Origin: Nanobdellota archaeon
GTDB taxonomy: Archaea; Nanobdellota; Nanobdellia; Woesearchaeales; UBA583
Reading direction: 5' to 3'
Assembly: GCA_048625195.1 (NCBI GenBank)
Contig: JBMCRE010000001.1
Span: forward strand, 5,396 to 69,395
DNA length: 64,000 nucleotides
Shown here: in pieces, positions 37,455 to 47,132 of the stretch
Layout: every line of letters starts with the position of its first letter
Numbering within the stretch: the stretch's first letter is position 1
Translations under genes and position numbers: made by a program
The notes under the pieces: generated by a model
What the model was told of the DNA's origin: nothing
Databases searched by the model: none
What the model saw: the letters and a program-made list of their open reading frames with translations, nothing else

Positions 37455-38591
37455 TTAAAGATTTATAACTATTTCATTATTTTTATAATCTAATTTTGCT
37501 ATTAATTTAGATAGTTGTGGATTATTTTTGATAGTTTGTTGTACATCTTCCCATCCTTTTTCTTTTCCTGCTTTGTTTATAGATTTTAACAAGTCATCAA
37601 TTGTTGAATAGTTCTTATAAATTTTTTCTCCTATTTCTTTGTATTTTTCATAATCTTGTAATATTTGTTTTTTTTGTTCTTTTTGAGTTTCTAATCTGTG
37701 TTGTAACCTTTCAAGTTCTTTATGTAAATTTTCTTCGTATTTATCTTTTTTTATTTGGAATTGTTTGTAATAATTTTTAATAGTTTCATTAAAATTAGAT
37801 TTCTTTTTTTGTTCTAGATTTATACTATTAAATTTGAAGGGTAAGAAATCATAAATTTTATTATCTTTATATACTTGATAAGCAGTTATTTTTTTGTTTT
37901 TAATATCACTTAAAGTTTTACAAATATTTTGTATTTCTTTTGTGTCTAATTTGATTATTTCTTTATTTTTATCTATATTTGAAAGGTTACACACTTCTTC
38001 GGCATATTTTCCTCCCATTCCAAATTTAATTGCTAAAAATTTTACAAGGTTTAAATCTGAAGTTGAAATCTCTTCTCTTAATATTTTAGTATTTATATTA
38101 TGAATGTTTAATTTTTTTTGCGGTGGAAGTTCATATACATTATTTACCATTAAAGCTCTATCTTTAAATTTTTTCTTATATAATGAATTTTTTATGTTAA
38201 AGTTTTCATCACAAATAATTATATTGCCATTTGCAAATAATTCCATAATTAAATAAAAAGATTCTATTTTTTCATCTTGATTTTTTTTGTCTATTTTAAA
38301 TGTTAAAATTCTTTCACCTTCTATTTGTTTTATTTCTCTTATATATCCATTCTTTAAATGCTTTCTTAAAAATATTATAAAATTAGGAGGAAATGAACCA
38401 TCAGTTTTTTTATTTCCAATATAGATGTATTTTGATACTTTATTTGTTAAAAATATATTTCCAAGAGTTTTTATGTAAATTTTGAGGTAAAATGTATCAT
38501 CTTCAAAATAAAAATTATCTATTCTTTGATTCTCTAATATTTGTAATTCTTTTGTTAAAAAGTATAAATCCATTGAAGATATTTGTTTCAT
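37455..38591 (-). CDS. NFACT-family protein (Rqc2/NEMF/FbpA homolog; ribosome quality control), short form
   Basis: N-terminus MDLYFLTKELQ.L...RIDNFYFEDDTFYLKIY...FPPNFIIFLRKHLKNGYIREIKQIEGERILTFKI...FYLIMELFANGNIIICD matches the NFACT-N domain. Followed by a coiled coil. At 378 aa it lacks the long C-terminal NFACT-R/C region. Confidence 0.65.
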   Translation of the reverse strand: MKQISSMDLYFLTKELQILENQRIDNFYFEDDTFYLKIYIKTLGNIFLTNKVSKYIYIGNKKTDGSFPPNFIIFLRKHLKNGYIREIKQIEGERILTFKIDKKNQDEKIESFYLIMELFANGNIIICDENFNIKNSLYKKKFKDRALMVNNVYELPPQKKLNIHNINTKILREEISTSDLNLVKFLAIKFGMGGKYAEEVCNLSNIDKNKEIIKLDTKEIQNICKTLSDIKNKKITAYQVYKDNKIYDFLPFKFNSINLEQKKKSNFNETIKNYYKQFQIKKDKYEENLHKELERLQHRLETQKEQKKQILQDYEKYKEIGEKIYKNYSTIDDLLKSINKAGKEKGWEDVQQTIKNNPQLSKLIAKLDYKNNEIVINL

Positions 38592-38726
38592 AAATATTAA
38601 AGTATAATTAAATTTATAATATTTTGTTTTAAGTTTGGTTAAATAAAATTATTTATAATGTTGTATTTATAAAAATAAAAAACTTTTTAATAAAAGGATA
38701 ATATTATATATAATATTTAAATTAAA

Positions 38727-39974
38727 ATGAAAAAAGAATATGAAATATTAAAAGGAACTAAAGATAGTATACCTTCAAAGCAAATTAAAATTAATTTTGT
38801 ACTTGATGTTATAAGAGAACAATTTGAAAAATATGGATTTAGACCATTTGATACACCCATTATTGAATATTTAGAAACTCTTACTAATAAATATGATGAT
38901 GATGCCGAAATTGTTCAAGAAATTTTTAAGTTGAGTGATAGAGGGGATAGGAAATTGGGTTTAAGATATGATTTAACTGTTCCTCTTTGTAGATATATAT
39001 CTATAACAAAACAATTAAAGAAACCTTTTAGAAGATATCAAATAGGTAAGGTTTTTAGAGATGGTCCAATCAAGCTAGGTAGAGATAGAGAATTTATTCA
39101 ATGTGATGGAGATGTTATAGGTATTAATGGTAGAGAGATTGAAGCAGAACTTATGATTTTATTCTATGAGACATACACTAAATTGAAAATTAATGCAGTT
39201 ATTGAATTGAATAATAATAAAATATTGAGAGGAGCTTTTTTACAAGAAGGGTTTAAAGATGAAGATCTTGAAAGTTTAATTTTAAGTGTTGATAAATTAA
39301 AAAAAATAGGTTATGATAATGTTTTAAAGGAAATTAAAACAAAAGGGTTTGATGAACAAAAGATTAGAAAATCGTTAGAGATTCTTGGTTGTAAAAAAAT
39401 AATTGAAATTAAAAAGTTAGCAAAAAATAAAATTTTAAAAGAAGGTATTGATGAGTTAGAACAATTAATTTCTTTGATAAAACCTTTTGTAGATTATAGA
39501 ATTAATTTTTCTATGTCAAGAGGGTTAAATATTTATACAGGAAATATTTGGGAAGCATATATGAAAGATGAAAAAATATTGTCTTCTATTGGTTCTGGAG
39601 GACGATATGATAATGTAATTGGTGAGTTTCAAGGAACTGGTGATGTAGTTGATGCAGTTGGTATATCTTTTGGGTTAGTTCCTATTTTAAATGGATTAGA
39701 TGATGATAAGATTATTGAGAAAGAAACTTTAACTGATTTATTAGTTATGCCTCTTGATTCTAACTGTGTAATTAAATGCTTTGAGTTAGTAAAGAAGTTA
39801 AGAGAAAATAAAAATGTTGAGTTGTTTTATGGAAACAAAGTTAAACAAGCGTTTAGTTATGCTGAATCTTTAAAGATTAAAGAAATTGCTTTTATTGGTG
39901 AAAAGGAAATAGAAAATAAGAAGTTTAAAATAAAAAATATTCAAACTGGTGTTGAAAGAGAATATGAAATGTGA
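38727..39974 (+). CDS. hisS: Histidyl-tRNA synthetase
   Basis: LKGTKDSIP (G.RD motif). FRRYQIGKVFRDGPIKLGRDREFIQCDGDVIG (class II motif 2). GGRYD (motif 3). C-terminal anticodon-binding domain. Confidence 0.9.
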   Translation: MKKEYEILKGTKDSIPSKQIKINFVLDVIREQFEKYGFRPFDTPIIEYLETLTNKYDDDAEIVQEIFKLSDRGDRKLGLRYDLTVPLCRYISITKQLKKPFRRYQIGKVFRDGPIKLGRDREFIQCDGDVIGINGREIEAELMILFYETYTKLKINAVIELNNNKILRGAFLQEGFKDEDLESLILSVDKLKKIGYDNVLKEIKTKGFDEQKIRKSLEILGCKKIIEIKKLAKNKILKEGIDELEQLISLIKPFVDYRINFSMSRGLNIYTGNIWEAYMKDEKILSSIGSGGRYDNVIGEFQGTGDVVDAVGISFGLVPILNGLDDDKIIEKETLTDLLVMPLDSNCVIKCFELVKKLRENKNVELFYGNKVKQAFSYAESLKIKEIAFIGEKEIENKKFKIKNIQTGVEREYEM

Positions 39975-40330
39975 ATATTTACTCTTTATTAATTATCATT
40001 GTTACCATATTTCTATTAAATTCTTATATTTTAAAATAATTTTTTGTTGGTTTTTAAATAATGTTTCATACTCCTGAGCTACTTTTATTCTTAAGTTAAG
40101 GTATTTTTGGTAAATTTATTGATTTGGAATTTATAGCTATTGATATTTCTTTTTTTATAAATTATTTTATAGTTTATAAATTATAAATATTAGTATATAA
40201 AAATTATAATAAATCCTACGCTATACTTGTAGAATATCAATTGATTTAAACTGTATTATAAAAATGAATTAAATTTTAATTTTTGTTTTTATAATTGCAA
40301 AATTAAGTATTATAATAATAATTATTATTA

Positions 40331-41899
40331 TTAATTCTTTGCAACTTCTACAATAGGTTTTCTTCTTGAATTTGTCTCAAAACTCTCAATAATGATATCT
40401 GCCTCTTCTTGGTTTGCAGTTATAAAAGAAAATTTATCACAAACTTTTATATCTTGTAGAGATGTTAATTTACTATTTGTATTTCTTTCTAAAAATTTAA
40501 TTAAACTTTTTTCATTGATTTTATCAATTTGTCCTTTTGCAATAAATAGTCTAACATTTTTATTAGATGTTTTATTTTTCTTAGTTGTATTATTTTTATC
40601 TGAGATATTATTATTCTTATTTTCAAGCTTTTCTAACAATGCATTAATTATTTTTGATGAATCATGTTGCTCTAATAGTTTTTTAGTTAATTGTGTATAT
40701 TGATTAGAACTATTTTTTAAAATTATATTTTCAATTTCTTCATTAAATCTTTTTTCTTTTTTTATATCTAATTCTTTTTGAGATGGTAAATTGCTTTTTT
40801 GAAGTTTTACTTTTAATGTTTTTTCTATTAATGAAATTTTTCTACTTTCTGCTGGAGTTACTAAGGATATTGCCTTTCCTTTATTGCCTGCTCTTCCTGT
40901 TCTACCAACTCTATGAGTATATGTTTCAATATCATCTGGTAAGTTGTAATTAATTATATGAGATAAATTCTCAACATCTATTCCTCTTGCAGCAACATCT
41001 GTTGCAACTAGTATGTTTAATCTTTGTTCTTTAAATTTTTTTAATATTCTTTCTCTTTTATTTTGCATTATATCACCATGAATAAAGTCAACATTATGCT
41101 TAGTTTTTCTTAGAGCAGATGCTACTTTTTCAACATCAACTTTTGTTCTACAAAAAATAATACCATAAAAAAAATTATCTATATCTATAATTGTGCTTAA
41201 AGTGTCAAATTTATCTGACTGTTTTGCAACATAAAAACTATGTTCAATTAAATTGTTAATTTTTTGTTCATTTGCAATTTCAATGATTTTTTGATTTTTC
41301 ATATATTTTTTAGATAAAGTTTTTATTCTTTGAGGCATTGTAGCTGAAAATAAATATACTTTTTTTTCTTTTGCTGATGATTTTAATACAAATTCTATAT
41401 CTTCAATAAATCCCATTTTAAGCATTTCGTCTGCTTCATCTAAAATGAAATACTTTGCATCGTTTAAAATTAATTTTTTTCTTTTTAATAAATCAACAAC
41501 TCTTCCTGGAGTTCCAACTACAATGTCTATACCTCTTTCTAAGGATCTGATTTGATTAGTAATGGGAGAACCTCCATAAACTGTTAAAATTTTTAGTTTT
41601 TTTTTTGCACTAAATATTTCTAATTCTGAAGAGACTTGCAAAGCAAGTTCTCTGGTAGGGGCTAATATGATTGCTTTTGGAATTTTATTTTTTGCATTTA
41701 TTAAATCTATTAAGGGTAATCCAAATGCACCTGTTTTTCCTGTGCCGGTTTGAGCTATTCCTATTATATCATATTTTTGTTCAAAAATAATTGGTATTAT
41801 TTTCTCTTGTACTTGTGTGGGTATTTTAAAGCCTTTTTGTGATATTACGCTTAAAGTTTCTTTACTTAAATTTAAATTTTCAAATTTTATTTGTTCCAT
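40331..41899 (-). CDS. DEAD-box ATP-dependent RNA helicase with C-terminal DbpA-like RNA-binding extension
   Basis: Q-motif region, AQTGTGKT, PTRELA, DEAD, SAT, HRVGRTGRAG. C-terminal ~70 aa RRM-like fold (VRLFIAKGQIDK...). Confidence 0.9.
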   Translation of the reverse strand: MEQIKFENLNLSKETLSVISQKGFKIPTQVQEKIIPIIFEQKYDIIGIAQTGTGKTGAFGLPLIDLINAKNKIPKAIILAPTRELALQVSSELEIFSAKKKLKILTVYGGSPITNQIRSLERGIDIVVGTPGRVVDLLKRKKLILNDAKYFILDEADEMLKMGFIEDIEFVLKSSAKEKKVYLFSATMPQRIKTLSKKYMKNQKIIEIANEQKINNLIEHSFYVAKQSDKFDTLSTIIDIDNFFYGIIFCRTKVDVEKVASALRKTKHNVDFIHGDIMQNKRERILKKFKEQRLNILVATDVAARGIDVENLSHIINYNLPDDIETYTHRVGRTGRAGNKGKAISLVTPAESRKISLIEKTLKVKLQKSNLPSQKELDIKKEKRFNEEIENIILKNSSNQYTQLTKKLLEQHDSSKIINALLEKLENKNNNISDKNNTTKKNKTSNKNVRLFIAKGQIDKINEKSLIKFLERNTNSKLTSLQDIKVCDKFSFITANQEEADIIIESFETNSRRKPIVEVAKN

Positions 41900-42212
41900 A
41901 TTTTATTTTATATTTTTATAAGAATTAATCAATAAAAGTTAAAAGTGATGTTCTTATTTTGATAAACTCTATATAAGAGAATATTATTGACTTTTTAAAA
42001 GTTTATATAATAAATTTTGTAAAATCTAATAATTTACTGTTGTAATTATTCTAGAATTAAGTTTTAAAGTGTTTAATGTTATAAATTTAACGTTTTTTAC
42101 TTTTAACTTGATATTTAATTTTAGAAATTGTCGTATTTTCTTTTATCTTAAATTATTTACAATTTTAATACTTTATTATTGTTATTTCTATGTTAGAATT
42201 CTTTAACATGCT

Positions 42213-42356
42213 TTAATTGTTTTTTGATTTTTTAAAACATTCACTACAAAATAATTTTTTGCCTTCTATTGGTAAAAATGGTACTTGAGTGTCTGCTCCA
42301 CATTGAGTGCATTTAGCTTTGTAATATGTATTTTGTGAATTGTTATATTTATCCAT
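42213..42356 (-). CDS. Small C4 zinc-ribbon protein (47 aa: MDKYNNSQNTYYKAKCTQCGADTQVPFLPIEGKKLFCSECFKKSKNN), not in the ORF track
   Basis: Found by reverse-complement reading. CxxC-x17-CxxC. Sits in a 570-nt gap between the helicase and histone genes. Confidence 0.4.
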   Translation of the reverse strand: MDKYNNSQNTYYKAKCTQCGADTQVPFLPIEGKKLFCSECFKKSKNN

Positions 42357-42477
42357 TTTTTTGTTTTTAGTTAATATTAATTAAATATTTCTTTTTATAT
42401 GTTGTATTGTAAATATATTTTAATATTAGTTACTTATAAATTTTTATTTTTAATATTTTTAAAAAAATAAAAAAAAT

Positions 42478-42831
42478 TTATAAATCTCTTGCAGAAATTG
42501 TTTTTCTGTTATTTGCTTGAGCTCTTTTTTCTGCTTGTTTAATCATATCAATTAATACTTCATTTAAATGACTTGCAAAATCACCTGAAATATTCATTCC
42601 AGAAACAATATCTTTTACTTTTGATTTTACAATTAACATAACTTTTGAGTTTGTTTTTCCAATGAAAACATCTTTTCCTTGAATAGTTTTTCTATTGTTT
42701 GATTCTGCTCTTTTAGATGCTTTTTCTACTAATGCTACTGCAGCTTCGTTTAGTTCAGCTGTAAAGTCACCTGAAACATTAACATCTTTTACTACTTCTT
42801 TAATTTTTGATTTTACTACAATCATTTCCAT
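42478..42831 (-). CDS. Tandem histone-fold (pseudodimeric) protein
   Basis: Two ~57-aa repeats (..VKSKIKEVVKDVNVSGDFTAELNEAAVALVEKASKRAESNNRKTIQGKDV and ..VKSKVKDIVSGMNISGDFASHLNEVLIDMIKQAEKRAQANNRKTISARDL). A long alpha2 followed by N.RKTI..(K/R)D mirrors the archaeal histone ..GRKTIKAEDI L2/alpha3 signature. Confidence 0.5.
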   Translation of the reverse strand: MEMIVVKSKIKEVVKDVNVSGDFTAELNEAAVALVEKASKRAESNNRKTIQGKDVFIGKTNSKVMLIVKSKVKDIVSGMNISGDFASHLNEVLIDMIKQAEKRAQANNRKTISARDL

Positions 42832-42947
42832 TTTTTATTTTATTTTAAGGTATTATTACCTGTACTTTAAATTCAAAATGCTGTATTTATAAAACTTTCG
42901 AGTAAATTGCAAATAAAAAGCAATAAATGGAGCTAAAACTGTCTTTT

Positions 42948-43628
42948 TTATGATTTTTCACCTTTATCAAAACCATTGAGTAAATCGTTTAATACAGCTT
43001 TTATATTATTAACTTTAATTACTCCTGATGCAACTAAAATACCTTTTGCTCCTAATTGTATAGCTATTTTTACATCATTTTGATTTTTGATTCCTGCACC
43101 TACTAAAAGAGGTATTGAACCTGCTTGTTTTACTGATTTTATGATTAATTCTGGGTTTGCAGTTGTGATAGAGATGTCTCCTCCAATTAATTCTTTTGGT
43201 TCTACTGCTATAAAATCAGGATTATATTGAGATATTTTTTTAATTACTTTGTGATTTCGTGCACATAAACAAACTTCTAAATCTGCACGCTTTGCAAATT
43301 CTACTCTACTTTTGATTTCTTTATAATTATAAGTTAAATTATGTTCGCTATGGTTTATTAGTGTTCCACTAACTAGACAATCTTTTAAAGCCAAAGGAAC
43401 TATATATCCTGTATGTGCTCCAAAATCCATATTATCAATATGTTGAGAATATGTCTTAACACCTACCTTACTAACCTCTCTTAGATCGATATATGAAGGA
43501 CATAAGATTATTTCTACTCCTAAGTTTTGAGCTTTTTTTTCTAGTTGTTTGCATATTCGTGCAATTTTTATAGCATTACTTCCTAATGATTCTTTATATG
43601 TTTTTAAGTTAATTATTAATTTATACAT
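42948..43628 (-). CDS. tpiA: Triosephosphate isomerase, archaeal type (~225 aa)
   Basis: LIINLKTYKES, GTLINHSEH, DFIAVEPKELIGGDISITTANPELI, LLVGAGIKNQNDVKIAIQLGAKGILVASGVIK aligns almost residue-for-residue with archaeal TIM. Confidence 0.85.
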   Translation of the reverse strand: MYKLIINLKTYKESLGSNAIKIARICKQLEKKAQNLGVEIILCPSYIDLREVSKVGVKTYSQHIDNMDFGAHTGYIVPLALKDCLVSGTLINHSEHNLTYNYKEIKSRVEFAKRADLEVCLCARNHKVIKKISQYNPDFIAVEPKELIGGDISITTANPELIIKSVKQAGSIPLLVGAGIKNQNDVKIAIQLGAKGILVASGVIKVNNIKAVLNDLLNGFDKGEKS

Positions 43629-44022
43629 GATTATAGTAAAATTTTATTACTATATAAAAATTTGTAATTACAATATAAAAATTATTATTATTTGTTGATA
43701 TGTAAATTTTTGTTTAAATCTATTTATCCCTTTGTTACTACTGAATTGTTTATATTTATTTTTGTGAGTATTTAAATTTTAATTTTTAGTTAATTTTTTA
43801 TATTAAGTAAATAGATGATTTTATAATTAAAATAATGTTAAATTGCTAAATTTGTAAAAAAACAAGTTGGTTAAATTCTTAGAATACAAGTATTAGTTAA
43901 TATCTTTTGCTTTTAATTATTTTATTTATTAAATTATATTCTAATATTTTGGTAATTGATTTTAAAAGTTATTGAATTTTTAAAATTATCTTAATAGATT
44001 AAACTAACTATGAATCATTTTA

Positions 44023-44976
44023 TTAGATAAAAACACTTGTTAAATAAATAAAATATAATATTAACATAATGATTGCGTGTCTTTTTGTTATCTTTTTTTT
44101 CTTTAAATAAAAAATAAAAATTATAACTGAAGTAATTAAGAAGAAAATACTTAAATAATAAGATGAATTTTGAAAAGAAAATTTATGTATAAGGGTTGAA
44201 AAACCAACTATTAATAATATATTGGATATATTACTTCCAATAATATTTCCTATTGCAATATCAAATTCTTTTTTTTTTGCACTTGTATATGTAACTACTG
44301 CCTCAGGTAGAGAAGTTGCAAAAGCAAGTGTTGTTAGAGTTAAATATTCTATAGGTATAGTTAATAATAATCCTAATTGTTCTATAGAATATATAACACC
44401 TTTTGCAGATAAATTCAGTACTATTATACTTATTAATAAAATGATTAATAATATTATTGTAGATTTTTTTTTTGTTTTAGTTTTTATTTCATTAACTTCT
44501 TGAATTATTTTATCTTTCTTGTTATTTTTAATTGTTCTATATATATAATATATGTAAATGATTATTAAAATGAATCCTATTATTTGATATATTTGATTTG
44601 CTATAGTAATGTATGATAAAATTAGTGTTGAGAGTATTAAAATGTAGATATCATATTTTTTAAAATTAATTTTTAAATTTTTAGAAAATAAAATTAAAAT
44701 TGGAAATACTAAAAGAATATTAGCTATATTACTTCCAATTACTGTTCCAAAAACAAAAGCAGATGGTTCAATAATTGTAAAAGTTGCAATTATTACAGTT
44801 ATTAATTCTGGAAATGATGTTCCTATTGCAACAATGGTAATTCCAATGATAAATTTATTTAAACCTATTTTTTCTCCTAATTGTGATGAACTTGAAATAA
44901 AGTAATCAGAAGATTTAATTAAAAAATAAAAACTCAAACACATTAAAAAAATATAAAGAGATAAAATTAATATCAT
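44023..44976 (-). CDS. Ca2+/cation antiporter, CaCA family (YrbG/NCX-like)
   Basis: Two alpha-repeats: GTSFPELITVIIATF....GTVIGSNIANILLV and ATSLPEAVVTYTSAKKKEFDIAIGNIIGSNISNILL. 10 TM. Confidence 0.8.
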   Translation of the reverse strand: MILILSLYIFLMCLSFYFLIKSSDYFISSSSQLGEKIGLNKFIIGITIVAIGTSFPELITVIIATFTIIEPSAFVFGTVIGSNIANILLVFPILILFSKNLKINFKKYDIYILILSTLILSYITIANQIYQIIGFILIIIYIYYIYRTIKNNKKDKIIQEVNEIKTKTKKKSTIILLIILLISIIVLNLSAKGVIYSIEQLGLLLTIPIEYLTLTTLAFATSLPEAVVTYTSAKKKEFDIAIGNIIGSNISNILLIVGFSTLIHKFSFQNSSYYLSIFFLITSVIIFIFYLKKKKITKRHAIIMLILYFIYLTSVFI

Positions 44977-45048
44977 AATAGGTATAGTTTGAAATTGTTT
45001 TTAAAAGTTTTGATATAATAAAATAAAAATAAAAATAATATGGTAAAA

Positions 45049-45801
45049 CTATGGTTGCCAAGGACCAGGTGCAATAACAGTTGTTGGTGTTTCCATTTGA
45101 TTAGTTACAGTACTTGCACCACCGTGTCCACTACTTGAACCACTAGAGATATTTTTCTCAATTATGGTTTTCTTACTTGATGAATCACTTTTACCTGCAC
45201 TGTATCCTAATATTGAAGTCCATAATGCAATAGATGTTGCATCTGATGCTTTTGCAGAAATAAGAGTATCTTCAATACCTTTAATTGCTGCATAGGTTCT
45301 AACTTGAGTTGCTAAAACAGGCATACTATTTTGATATTGTTCCACTAAACTTAAAGCTGCATTATATTTTGATTCCCAAGAGTGATTAGGACTAGTAATA
45401 ACGCTATTGTTTAAGGCTTTAACTGGTTGTCCCATCATTGCATTTGCTTGAACTAATTCAATAACTGTATCTAAACCTTGTTTATAACCTGCGATTTCTT
45501 GAGTTGGTATGTTTTCACTTTCTGGAACTTTATATCCATTTCTGATTAATCCTTCCCAGAAATCTTTAAAGTATTGCATTGCTTTGTTTTCTTTTTCTTT
45601 TGGAACTACTTGATAATCACTTTTTCTTAAATTGTATGCTTGGTTACCAACAATATTTTGTGTATGTTGTGTTTGTGATAACATAGAATCTCTTATTGCT
45701 TTATTTGATGTTTGTATTGTTGCACCTTTATTTCCACATCCTGTACCCATAGATAAAGCTGCAAGTAATAATCCTGTACCTATTAATGTTGATTTTTTCA
45801 T
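45049..45801 (-). CDS. Secreted lipoprotein-like protein, compositionally atypical (A/G/Q/S/T-rich)
   Basis: MKKSTLIGTGLLLAALSMGTGC, a lipobox-like signal with Cys. C-terminal S/G-rich tail. Visibly higher GC than its neighbours. Its ATG overlaps the stop of the upstream gene (ATGA). Confidence 0.5.
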   Translation of the reverse strand: MKKSTLIGTGLLLAALSMGTGCGNKGATIQTSNKAIRDSMLSQTQHTQNIVGNQAYNLRKSDYQVVPKEKENKAMQYFKDFWEGLIRNGYKVPESENIPTQEIAGYKQGLDTVIELVQANAMMGQPVKALNNSVITSPNHSWESKYNAALSLVEQYQNSMPVLATQVRTYAAIKGIEDTLISAKASDATSIALWTSILGYSAGKSDSSSKKTIIEKNISSGSSSGHGGASTVTNQMETPTTVIAPGPWQP

Positions 45802-47063
45802 TCTTTATTCCCTCCTAATTCTTGATTTATAATACTATAAACTTGATTTTCATATTCTGATAAATTTTGGTCTACTCTTTGATTTAATATTGCTTGACCT
45901 GTTTTAATACCATTATCGGTTAAATCATGTTGTGTTCCGTCATATCCTGTAATACTACCTTGTAAAATAGTATTAATTGGTAAAACTATTCTTGCTAATG
46001 CGTTGTCTGCTAAAAAGCCTCTTAATTGATCTCTTTCAATAAAAGCTGAAACATCTACTAAATAACCATTACCTAAGTTTTGATTTTCATAAAAATGTCT
46101 TGCAACAGATTCATGAATTGCATGATATGTTATTGCATCATGTAGTAAAGCTGGTGTTAGTTCTTCTCTTTGATCTTCATATAAAATTTCCTTTCCCAAT
46201 ATATTTTCTAAGTCTGAAAGTTTTATTGCAGAAATTCCTACATTCTCATGTGTCATTCCGTTTAAATTTGCATCATGTATTGCTTTCATATATGAATTAA
46301 CCAACTGAGTTTGTCCTTTACCATTTGGTCTATATAGTCCTGTAGTAATAAAATCTAAAAAAACTGATTCTGGTTTTACTTTATTTGCTTTATTAAATAG
46401 TAATTCATCTTGGTGTATAACTGTAGAGTCATATACTGAAAAATTGTTGTTGTCGTTTTTTTCTATTTTGGATATATGACCATTAAAATTTTGTGGAAAA
46501 TATAAAATATCTCCTTGAAATTGTCTAGTAGATGTTTTTGTAGATTGTTTTGGAATAGTTTGAGGTGTTTTTTTTGATTTTTCTGAAATTTCAGTTTCTA
46601 ATTTGGATTCTTTTGATGTTTCTTGAACTCCTGGTATTACTCCTATTTGATTTGTTTGGGGGTTATAAACTAATCTGTTATTACCTACTACTGGAAAATT
46701 ATTATGCCCTTCTCTAAAAGGATTTTTTGCTGTTGCAAAGTTATTAGATTCTTGTAGAGAGAGTTTTCCATCTTTATTTCCTCTAAATTTATCAATTAAA
46801 TATTCTATATCAATATTTGATTTATATGCGCTATGTGCATCAGAGCCTTTTTTAACAGTAAATGGAATAGTTATTTTATCTTGTATGTTTTCATGAAATA
46901 CTGGTTGTTTTTCAACTACTTGTTGAGTAGTTTTTTGGGGTTCTTGAAAAACTGATGCAATCTCTTTTCCACTTGCTCCTGACCATGCTTGCAATGCAGG
47001 AAAGATTGTTAATGCTCCTGCGAGTCCTAATGTTGCAATTTTTTTTTTTAATTTATTTACCAT
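45798..47063 (-). CDS. Secreted protein (421 aa) with signal peptide; same atypical composition
   Basis: MVNKLKKKIATLGLAGALTIFPALQAWSGAS, a Sec signal with an A-x-S-like cleavage site. No TM afterwards. Q/G/T/V-rich. Translationally coupled to the lipoprotein gene. Confidence 0.5.
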   Translation of the reverse strand: MVNKLKKKIATLGLAGALTIFPALQAWSGASGKEIASVFQEPQKTTQQVVEKQPVFHENIQDKITIPFTVKKGSDAHSAYKSNIDIEYLIDKFRGNKDGKLSLQESNNFATAKNPFREGHNNFPVVGNNRLVYNPQTNQIGVIPGVQETSKESKLETEISEKSKKTPQTIPKQSTKTSTRQFQGDILYFPQNFNGHISKIEKNDNNNFSVYDSTVIHQDELLFNKANKVKPESVFLDFITTGLYRPNGKGQTQLVNSYMKAIHDANLNGMTHENVGISAIKLSDLENILGKEILYEDQREELTPALLHDAITYHAIHESVARHFYENQNLGNGYLVDVSAFIERDQLRGFLADNALARIVLPINTILQGSITGYDGTQHDLTDNGIKTGQAILNQRVDQNLSEYENQVYSIINQELGGNKE

Positions 47064-47132
47064 TTTTTTTAATAATAATATTATTATATCTTTTTATTTA
47101 TAAACTTTTTGCTTGTCTTCACTAATAAATAA

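Noticed and set aside
37894-38103. Track ORF 69 aa (+) inside the NFACT gene
   Set aside because: Antisense shadow.
40392-40703. Track ORF 103 aa (+) inside the DEAD-box helicase gene
   Set aside because: Antisense shadow.
42695-42892. Track ORF 65 aa (+) overlapping the histone-fold gene
   Set aside because: Antisense or partial overlap, low complexity.
44222-44503. Track ORF 93 aa (+) inside the CaCA antiporter gene
   Set aside because: Antisense shadow.
45632-46300. Track ORFs 45632..45832(+) and 46100..46300(+)
   Set aside because: Antisense to the lipoprotein and secreted-protein genes.
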